Below are positions 24,715 through 30,882 of a stretch of 30,882 nucleotides of DNA, in pieces. Origin of the DNA: a virus (taxonomy: Duplodnaviria > Caudoviricetes); IMG/VR virus record IMGVR_UViG_3300023055_000021, positions 1 through 30,882 of that record; one strand, written 5' to 3'. Within the stretch, counting starts at the first letter, position 1. The number at the start of each line of letters is the position of its first letter. A program made the position numbers and the translations under genes. The notes beneath the pieces are model-generated. The model was not told where the DNA came from. It saw only the letters and a program-made list of their open reading frames with translations, and did no database searches.

Positions 24715-25743
24715 TTGAAAACCCGCGAATTCATCGCCGTAGACCTGTTCAGTGGTTGCGGAGGTTTAAGCCTTGGCCTAGAGCAAGCGGGTTTCCGCGT
24801 TACCGCCGCAGTTGAGATTGCGCCGAAAGCTATTGAAACATATAGAGCCAACCATCCGCATGTTGCGCTTTATGACAGAGACATCCGCGAACTGGATCCA
24901 AGCCAGATCATGCTTGATGCTGGGATAAATCCAGGACAGCTAGATTTGCTCGCCGGATGCCCGCCTTGCCAAGGTTTTTCTAGACTGCGAACTAAAAACA
25001 AGGCCAACTCTGTAGCTGATGCGCGGAACGACCTCATAAGCGATTTTATTCGTTTTGCAAAAATCATGATGCCAAAATGCATTATGCTCGAGAACGTTCC
25101 CTCGCTTACGAAAGATAATAGATTTGAGCTAGCAATACGTGACCTTGAAGCTCTTGGCTACAACTGTACAGTCCAAGTATTAGACGCTGCCAATTTTGGA
25201 GTACCACAGCGACGCAAGCGACTAATTATGCTTGCCTCACGAGTTCACGTGCCCGCTGTAGCAATGAAATCAGAAACTAGAATGACTGTGCGTGAAGCAT
25301 TTTCCTCCATTCCTGACTCAGCGTCTTTTGAAGATCCTGTACATTTAATTCCTGAACGTAGGACCCCGGCCGTTCAACGTATCATTTCGTTGATCCCGAA
25401 GAATGGTGGAAGTAGAAGAGACTTAGCCGCTGAATATCAACTAGACTGCCACAAAAAAAGTGACGGTTTTAGAGATGTTTACGGGAGAATGAACTGGGAT
25501 TCAGTTTCCCCAACAATTACCAGTGGCTGTCATAATCCTTCAAAAGGGCGCTTTTTACACCCGGAGCTTGATCGAACTATAACGCTACGGGAAGCGGCAG
25601 TTCTTCAAGGGTTCCCCCATGACTATTACTTCAACCCCGCTCATGGAAAGGAAGCTATTGCTTTGATGATCGGGAATGCCTTACCCCCACCGTTCATAGC
25701 AGCACATGCAAAGTCATTAAAATTGGGTATGCCAACGGAATAG
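24715..25743 (+). CDS. C5 cytosine DNA methyltransferase
   Basis: Motif I DLFSGCGG, IV GCPPCQGFS, VI LENV, VIII PQRRKR, IX RTITLREAAVLQGFP, X IGNALPP. TTG start after AGGA. Confidence 0.95.
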   Translation: MKTREFIAVDLFSGCGGLSLGLEQAGFRVTAAVEIAPKAIETYRANHPHVALYDRDIRELDPSQIMLDAGINPGQLDLLAGCPPCQGFSRLRTKNKANSVADARNDLISDFIRFAKIMMPKCIMLENVPSLTKDNRFELAIRDLEALGYNCTVQVLDAANFGVPQRRKRLIMLASRVHVPAVAMKSETRMTVREAFSSIPDSASFEDPVHLIPERRTPAVQRIISLIPKNGGSRRDLAAEYQLDCHKKSDGFRDVYGRMNWDSVSPTITSGCHNPSKGRFLHPELDRTITLREAAVLQGFPHDYYFNPAHGKEAIALMIGNALPPPFIAAHAKSLKLGMPTE

Positions 25744-25747
25744 CTGC

Positions 25748-25772
25748 AAGAGCCCGCATTGCGCGGGCTTTT
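25748..25772. terminator. Intrinsic terminator between convergent genes
   Basis: AGCCCGC-ATTGC-GCGGGCT followed by TTT, just after the methyltransferase stop. Confidence 0.75.
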
Positions 25773-25780
25773 CGTGCTGG

Positions 25781-26107
25781 TCAGAAAGGCACCTCCTCCT
25801 CCACCCTTTCCTTCTCCCAATCCCTCTCCACGACCAGGTCGTCTCGATCTCCGGCGTCCTGAGCCTCCCACCTCACCGTCACGCTTTCGTCATCATTGAA
25901 CGTCAGGTCCAGCTCCGACGTTTCAGCCAGCAGCCCCATCACCTCCTCCCACTCCATGTCTCCGTCCGTGTCTAGGCGATGGATCGTTACCCAGCGCTGA
26001 GCTTGGGCGATCGGGTGATTGATCATCGACGAGACCCGCAGACCCAGCCGCTCAAGGGCGGTCATCTCTTGGCGCGCTTGCGGGCTCGACTTCTTCTGCT
26101 TGGCCAT
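25781..26107 (-). CDS. DUF1654-like protein
   Basis: LERLGLRVSSMINHPIAQAQRWVTIHRLDTD...WEEVMGLL...VTVRW; AAGGAGG RBS. Confidence 0.78.
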   Translation of the reverse strand: MAKQKKSSPQARQEMTALERLGLRVSSMINHPIAQAQRWVTIHRLDTDGDMEWEEVMGLLAETSELDLTFNDDESVTVRWEAQDAGDRDDLVVERDWEKERVEEEVPF

Positions 26108-26122
26108 ATCTTCCTCCTTTAA

Positions 26123-26138
26123 CTGTACATCCATCCAG
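26123..26138. promoter_or_regulatory. LexA (SOS) box upstream of the DUF1654-like gene
   Basis: CTGTACATCCATCCAG matches CTG-N10-CAG. It lies between a candidate minus-strand promoter (TTGCAT 26171-26176, TAAGCT 26149-26154) and the RBS. Confidence 0.72.
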
Positions 26139-26208
26139 TGTTAAGCAGAGCTTACCCGAGCCATCGAATGATGCAAGCCCGGATAGCGGATTAGGCGCTT
26201 ATGAAAAG

Positions 26209-26252
26209 GTTAGGCATTACCTATTTACAAAAAATAGGCATTGGCTTATCGT
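26209..26252 (+). promoter_or_regulatory. OL operators and pL promoter
   Basis: GTTAGGCATTACCTATT (26209-26225) and AATAGGCATTGGCTTAT (26233-26249) match the OR repeats. -35 TTTACA (26224-26229), 17 bp, -10 TATCGT (26247-26252). Confidence 0.8.
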
Positions 26253-26302
26253 TCATTTCATCGAGGCGCTACACAGCCCCTCGGGAGGCCCTCAAGCCTC
26301 AC

Positions 26303-26315
26303 CGCTCTTTAACAA
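26303..26315 (+). promoter_or_regulatory. boxA antitermination element
   Basis: CGCTCTTTAACAA, a consensus nut/rrn boxA, about 45 nt downstream of pL. Confidence 0.78.
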
Positions 26316-26551
26316 CCAGCGCAACAACCAACAGACCGCATTGCCTCTACCGGCGACCGGCGATCAGACAGCCCCGAAAGGCTGCCTACGACAGGGACAA
26401 CCCTGTACGGCTGACGAAGGTGAAACGCCTAAACCGAGAGAACGACCCGGGCATGCAATGCGCCCCGCCACCCCGGCGGTAATGGGACAGAGCGATTCAC
26501 TGAAGCACCTGGGCGACCGGGTGCTTTGGAAATCCACTGGAGGAACACAGC

Positions 26552-26848
26552 ATGAGCATTAAATTCGACGCGGATAGCATCAGCGTGGAAAGCGTGGGCC
26601 GGAACAGCCAAGTGCGTGTGACGGTTGAAGGCAAAGGTAGCGACATTGCCGAGGCGCTGCACATCGACGACCGCCTGCACGACCTTGAGCCGCACGAAAT
26701 CGTCCACCACGTCGGCGCCGGCAAACTGCTGGAGACCATGGACGAGGCCGAGATCTCCGAATGGCTGGCCAGCAACGATGTAGACCCGACCGAATTCCTC
26801 AGCGCTATTGACGAGGAAGAGGTTCTGCGCTGGCTCAACAACGAGTGA
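26552..26848 (+). CDS. Highly acidic hypothetical protein, first gene of the pL operon
   Basis: 98 aa with a GGAGG RBS; about 24 Asp/Glu versus 7 Lys/Arg by manual count. Confidence 0.82.
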   Translation: MSIKFDADSISVESVGRNSQVRVTVEGKGSDIAEALHIDDRLHDLEPHEIVHHVGAGKLLETMDEAEISEWLASNDVDPTEFLSAIDEEEVLRWLNNE

Positions 26849-26866
26849 GCGCCCCGTCAGCCTGAC

Positions 26867-26989
26867 GAAAACTGCCCGATGCCCTGCTCCCCATCGCAGG
26901 CTGCATCGGAGTGTGATCTGAGTACCGTCACCCAGCGCGAGAGCAATGGGCGGCAAACGTCATGCAGATCACACCCCGATGCAGTTTTC
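26867..26989 (+). repeat. Long inverted repeat with alternative pairings
   Basis: 26901-26920 pairs with 26965-26984 at 19 of 20 positions. Alternatively 26867-26875 pairs with 26981-26989 and 26876-26882 pairs with 26903-26909. Confidence 0.8.
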
Positions 26990-27147
26990 ATCGATTTAAA
27001 GCGCATAACCGTGAGCCTTACACAACGTAACGCTCACCCGTATTCACCTTAATCGACGTTCACCGCAGGCGAATCCGGGGCCTACCCGGCCAGACCAGAT
27101 GCATGTGAGGTAGCGCTCACCGCCTGCACCCCTTCCCTTCACATCGA

Positions 27148-27219
27148 CCGCATTGGCAGGCGCCAGGCCACCTTTCACGGTGGGTTTGGTCACCCGCGTC
27201 TGGCTCCTGACCAATGCGG
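27148..27219 (+). repeat. Long imperfect inverted repeat (RNase III-site-like)
   Basis: CCGCATTGGCAGGCGCCAGGC (27148-27168) versus GTCTGGCTCCTGACCAATGCGG (27198-27219). Confidence 0.72.
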
Positions 27220-27244
27220 CCGCATAACCCACCTGGAGATCGCC

Positions 27245-27661
27245 ATGGGCGCACTTCGAGCAGCACAGTTTGAGTACGACAACCGGATGCCGCCGGCGGT
27301 GAGCGAAGTAGCTGACGCCGAATCCACTTGGATCGACGACGGCATCGCTGAGCTGATGGCGCGCCGCGACGTAGTGTTTCAGCGTCGGATGCGCCCGAAG
27401 CAGGGCGTCACCTATGAGCGCTTCGCCCAGGCGGTGGATGAGTTCGTTATGGGCCAGCTGGGCCTGAATGGCATCAGCAACTCGGTGTTGGGCCGCCTGG
27501 TTCTGGCTGCGCGCTGCAAGGTCACCAGCGATGCAGCAGCCGCAGCCGAAGAGATCCTGAGCGTGGCCAACCCTGAGTCAGCGCTGGAAGAGATCGCCCG
27601 CCAGCTGCTAACCCCCTTCGCCAAAGAGGGAGGGCTGGCCCAGGCCGAGGAGGCGCAATGA
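27245..27661 (+). CDS. Hypothetical early protein
   Basis: 138 aa, GGAG RBS, ATGA-coupled to the next gene. Confidence 0.8.
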   Translation: MGALRAAQFEYDNRMPPAVSEVADAESTWIDDGIAELMARRDVVFQRRMRPKQGVTYERFAQAVDEFVMGQLGLNGISNSVLGRLVLAARCKVTSDAAAAAEEILSVANPESALEEIARQLLTPFAKEGGLAQAEEAQ

Positions 27662-27861
27662 GCCCTCACAGCTTGGCAGTCAGCGCCATCGAGGCCGCAA
27701 TCGAAACGATGCTTCTGCCGGGCTCTGGCCCGGTGGAGGACGCCAAGGCCGAAACCCTGGTGGTCGCCTACTTCTCCCTCTCGGCCATCGAGTCCAACGA
27801 GTTCAAACACTACTGCGAGCGCATCCGGCGTATTGCCGTACGGCGCAAGGAGGCCCCATGA
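27658..27861 (+). CDS. Hypothetical early protein
   Basis: 67 aa, ATGA-coupled on both sides, GGAGG RBS. Confidence 0.78.
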   Translation: MSPHSLAVSAIEAAIETMLLPGSGPVEDAKAETLVVAYFSLSAIESNEFKHYCERIRRIAVRRKEAP

Positions 27862-28079
27862 CCACGCCATTAATCACCACGCTCATCAACGAGCAGATCG
27901 CGGAACTGCCCGAGACTCAGGCCATGCCGGCCGACCGGGTGCTGATGCTGTTCAAGGGGCCGACATTCGCCGCCGCGGTGAATGAAGCGGCGCTGGCCAG
28001 CATCGAGAACCCCGCTGCCTGGAAGTGCCGCGCCTGCATCTGCGGGGAGTGGACGGTCGGCTACGAGGTTCGGGCGTGA
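27858..28079 (+). CDS. Hypothetical early protein
   Basis: 73 aa, AAGGAGG RBS, CRACIC motif, coupled to neighbours. Confidence 0.75.
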   Translation: MTTPLITTLINEQIAELPETQAMPADRVLMLFKGPTFAAAVNEAALASIENPAAWKCRACICGEWTVGYEVRA

Positions 28080-28192
28080 CCTCCTACCAACGGGCCCGCC
28101 GCATCGCGGCTTGGCGCGGCTCCTTCTCCATGCTCTTCGCCTGCACCTTCTTCATGCTCGCCAGCGCACTGGCCGGCAGTATCACTTCCTGA
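28076..28192 (+). CDS. Small hydrophobic peptide (38 aa)
   Basis: GTGA-coupled start after GAGG; MTSYQRARRIAAWRGSFSMLFACTFFMLASALAGSITS. Confidence 0.6.
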   Translation: MTSYQRARRIAAWRGSFSMLFACTFFMLASALAGSITS

Positions 28193-28366
28193 ATACACAC
28201 CCGAGCCCGGCGGGCCCTTAGGGGATAACCGGACCTACCCGGAGCGTAAGCGGCGAGAGCGCGCAACCATCCACCGCAGCCAGGGCCTGGAGCGTACCTC
28301 CGTGCCTGGGTGACCTGGCATTTCCCCTACTCAACTGACGGCGCCGGCCTGGCGCGAGGTTTTCTA

Positions 28367-29488
28367 ATGTCCGCAGAACAGAAACTGATCGCGATCGAAG
28401 AGATCAGCGAGGCGAACGCCCCGGCCATCTACGTGGCCGGCGGCCTGCAGCAATTCATCGACTTGGTGAAGGGTGAGGTACTGGGCGAAGTGCCTGACCT
28501 GAAAACCCGCAAGGGCCGCGAGCGCATCGCCAGCCTTGCCGCCAAAGTCAGCAAGTCGAAGACCGCTGTCGAGAAGCCTGGCCGCGACTACCTGCGCCGG
28601 CTCAAGGAAATGCCGAAGGTCGTTGAGGCCGAGCTGCGCGAGTTCGTGACCAAAATGGACGCCCTACGGGACGAGACGCGCCGGCCGCTCACCGAGTGGG
28701 AAGCTGCCGAGGATGCTCGGATCGACCGCCACAACGACGCAATCAACCGTATGAAGGACCTGGCCGAGCTGGGCACCTTGGATGCCGAGCAACTGCAGGC
28801 GCGCCTCAGCGAGCTCTCCGAGTTCCAGTTGGGCGAAGCGTGGGAGGAATTCGAGGCTGAGGCAGCTCGGACCAAAGAGGCTTCGCTGAATGCAGTGCAG
28901 GCCGCCCTGGTCGTCCGCCAGAAGTACGACGCCGAACAGGCCGAACTGGCCCGACTGCGCCGCGAAGCAGAAGAGCGGGCCGAGCAGGACCGTATCCGTC
29001 TGGCACAGGAGGCCGCAGTCGAGGCGGAGCGTCAGCGTGTGGCCCAAGAGCAGCAGGCAGCGCGTGAAACCGCAGCCCGCCGCGAGCAGGAACTGCTTGA
29101 TCAGGCTGCCGCACAAGAGCGCGAAGCCGAGAACCAGCGCCTGCAACTCAAGCTGCAAGCCGAACAAGCCGAGCGCGCCCGGATTCAGGCCGAGGCCGAC
29201 CGCGTTGCGGCCGAGCAGCGAATGGAGCAGGAGCGCCAGGACGCCGCTCGACGGCAAGAGGAGGCAGCCGAGCAGGCGCGCCAGGAAGAGCGTCGCCGCG
29301 CCGATGCAGCAGCAGCCGAAATCCTCCGGCAGCAAGAGGCCCGCGAGCGCGACAAGGCGCACCGGGCCAGCATCAACCGCGCCGCATTGGAGGCCTTCGC
29401 TGCCGGCGGCATGACCGAGGAGTGCGCCAAGCAGGCAATCACCCTGATTGCCCAGCGCAAGATCCCCAACATCGCCATCACTTACTGA
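28367..29488 (+). CDS. Long coiled-coil phage protein
   Basis: VPDLKTRKGRERIASLAAKVSKSK...RRPLTEWE, a long E/Q/R/A-rich coil and C-terminal IAQRKIPNIAITY. Upstream of the recombination genes. Confidence 0.85.
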   Translation: MSAEQKLIAIEEISEANAPAIYVAGGLQQFIDLVKGEVLGEVPDLKTRKGRERIASLAAKVSKSKTAVEKPGRDYLRRLKEMPKVVEAELREFVTKMDALRDETRRPLTEWEAAEDARIDRHNDAINRMKDLAELGTLDAEQLQARLSELSEFQLGEAWEEFEAEAARTKEASLNAVQAALVVRQKYDAEQAELARLRREAEERAEQDRIRLAQEAAVEAERQRVAQEQQAARETAARREQELLDQAAAQEREAENQRLQLKLQAEQAERARIQAEADRVAAEQRMEQERQDAARRQEEAAEQARQEERRRADAAAAEILRQQEARERDKAHRASINRAALEAFAAGGMTEECAKQAITLIAQRKIPNIAITY

Positions 29489-29498
29489 GGCACAGACC

Positions 29499-30260
29499 AT
29501 GACCAGGGCAATCATTGTGCCCAAACAGCGTCGCCAGGCAGTGGCTGCGCCCGGCCCCGTCGACAACAGCATAATGGCGGTGATCAGCCGAGCAGCCGCC
29601 GACCCAACCTGCGACATCGAGAAGATGGAGCGGCTCCTGGCCATGCATGAGCGCATGCAGGCCAAGACAGCAGAAGCCGCCTTCAACGCCGGCATGGCGC
29701 AGATGCAATGCGAGATCCCGACCGTGTTCGAAGCGGCGGTGAATCTGCACACCGGCAACGCCTACGCCACGCTCGACGACATCACCCGGGTGGTCAAGCC
29801 GATCATGCAGCGGCACGGCTTCGCGATCACCTTCAAGGTGGAGAACCAGGACAAGTCGATCAGCGTCACCGGCATCCTGATGCACCGCGACGGCCACCGC
29901 GAGCAGACAACCATGACCCTGCCGGCCGACATCGGCAAAGGCCGGAACGATGTTCAAGCCGTCGGTTCGTCCACCACCTACGGCAAGCGCTACGTGATGT
30001 GCGCCTTGCTGAACATCACAACCGGCGACGTCAGGGACGACGACGCGCAATCGTCGGATGGCTCCGATACGGCGGAAATGCGGGCCCAGGCGCTAAACGA
30101 CATCCTTGCCCAAGTCGAAGCGGCCGCCACGCCAGATGAGCTCAAGGATGTATGGCAGGCATCCGTGAAGGTCATGCAGGCGAGCGGTGACAAAGCCGGA
30201 TACGACGCGGTGAAGATCGCCGTTACCAAGCGGAAAACAGTACTGGAGGCCAACCCATGA
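29499..30260 (+). CDS. erf: ERF-family single-strand annealing protein
   Basis: YATLDDI...PIMQRHG, LMHRDGH, QAVGSSTTYGKRY and DDDA motifs. Confidence 0.92.
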   Translation: MTRAIIVPKQRRQAVAAPGPVDNSIMAVISRAAADPTCDIEKMERLLAMHERMQAKTAEAAFNAGMAQMQCEIPTVFEAAVNLHTGNAYATLDDITRVVKPIMQRHGFAITFKVENQDKSISVTGILMHRDGHREQTTMTLPADIGKGRNDVQAVGSSTTYGKRYVMCALLNITTGDVRDDDAQSSDGSDTAEMRAQALNDILAQVEAAATPDELKDVWQASVKVMQASGDKAGYDAVKIAVTKRKTVLEANP

Positions 30261-30882
30261 TTATCGTCAATTGCACCCAAGGCTCGCCCGAGTGGCTGCA
30301 GGCCCGCGCTGGAGTGATCACCGCCAGCATGTTCAGCACCGCCCGCTCGAAAGTGAATGGGCTGACCGCGCAGCAGCGAACCTACGTCGACGCCATTCTG
30401 GCGGGGCACAGTGAAGCCAAGGCGCGCGATCTTGCCGGATACAAGGCTGGGCCGAAGGCGGAGGTTGTTCAGAGGGCGCTGGATGGCGAAAAGGTGGGAG
30501 AGCCATCGAATGCCGCCCTCACCTACGCCTTCGAGCTGGCCGTCGAGCGCATCGGGGGCGCCCCGCTCGATGGAGGGTTCGAGACCTGGCAGATGCGCCG
30601 CGGCCATGAACTGGAGCCGGAGGCGCGGATGGAGCACGAAATCCAGACAGGTCTGATTGTCACGCAGGTCGGTCTGGTCAAAACAGACGACGGCTCGTTC
30701 GGCGCCAGCGCGGACGGCTTCATCGGCGAAGACGGCGGCAGCGAGTACAAGTGCTTCCTGGCCCCAGACAAGCTCCGCGCCTTCCACATCGACAACGACG
30801 CCAGTGATGTCATCGACCAGGTGCAGGGCTGCATGTGGATCACTGGCCGGAAATGGTGGCACATCGGGATGTACTGCCCCCT
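30257..30882 (+). CDS. YqaJ / lambda-exonuclease family nuclease (partial)
   Basis: Manual translation: QGSPEWLQARAGVITAS, RGHELEPEAR, GASADG, EYKC, QVQGCMWITGR. ATGA-coupled to erf and runs off the window. Confidence 0.92.
   Translation, partial: MIIVNCTQGSPEWLQARAGVITASMFSTARSKVNGLTAQQRTYVDAILAGHSEAKARDLAGYKAGPKAEVVQRALDGEKVGEPSNAALTYAFELAVERIGGAPLDGGFETWQMRRGHELEPEARMEHEIQTGLIVTQVGLVKTDDGSFGASADGFIGEDGGSEYKCFLAPDKLRAFHIDNDASDVIDQVQGCMWITGRKWWHIGMYCP

Larger units (their letters stand above)
1..30882. mobile_element. Lambdoid temperate prophage (siphovirus-like tail, P22-type coat), internal segment
   Basis: Lambdoid gene order across the window: recombination - cI/cro - O/P - nin - Q-position gene - terminase - portal - capsid - tail - tape measure. 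Both ends fall inside phage genes. Confidence 0.97.

Noticed and set aside
22911-25743. Calling the insert Gabija, a retron, PARIS or classical type II R-M
   Set aside because: There is no UvrD helicase, reverse transcriptase, separate AriB or recognisable restriction endonuclease gene. A fused PARIS-like assignment cannot be excluded without an HMM search.
26408-26436. Hammerhead-like CTGACGA-stem-AAAC
   Set aside because: The conserved GAAA after stem II lacks its G, the flanks pair with each other (CGG/CCG), and I could not build stems I/III with an NUH site.
26201-26562. ORFs 26201..26482 and 26341..26562 as an N-like antiterminator
   Set aside because: The first starts upstream of pL within the operator region and the second has a TTG start with no RBS. 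Neither has a convincing arginine-rich motif.
28900-29360. Low-complexity GAGCAG/GCC repeats as a repeat array or TolA
   Set aside because: Explained by E/Q/R/A coiled-coil coding. There is no N-terminal TM anchor as in TolA and no regular repeat-spacer structure.
28588-30864. Long minus-strand ORFs over the recombination module
   Set aside because: Antisense shadows of the coiled-coil, erf and exonuclease genes.
1-30882. CRISPR arrays, tRNA/rRNA genes, IS elements, integrase or att sites
   Set aside because: None recognised by eye. A tRNAscan/Infernal run would be needed to exclude small RNAs formally.

Overview
The whole window is the interior of a lambdoid temperate prophage, most likely from a Pseudomonas putida/fluorescens-type host (inferred from the gene families present, a putidacin-type bacteriocin and a LexA box). 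No att site or integrase is in view. On the minus strand, 1-21848 carries cro, two small regulators, Rha, O/P-type replication genes, nin genes, a Q-position gene, a late promoter, com plus an LlpA lectin-like bacteriocin, holin-like genes, two peptidases, terminase, portal, scaffold, a P22-type coat, head-tail genes, tail tube, frameshifted tail chaperones and the start of the tape measure. On the plus strand, 21945-30882 carries cI, an AT-richer two-gene insert, and the early left operon ending in ERF and a YqaJ exonuclease. The best candidate for an undescribed system is that insert: an ABC-ATPase/TOPRIM (OLD-like) nuclease paired with a C5 cytosine methyltransferase at the position where lambda has rexAB. 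Also notable are five GGAU-tetraloop hairpins in the scaffold and capsid leaders, a candidate antisense RNA controlling com-llpA, a phage HslV/proteasome-beta-like protease, a structured pL leader with boxA but no recognisable N, and a very acidic first early protein. Family names come from recalled motifs and gene position, not from database searches.
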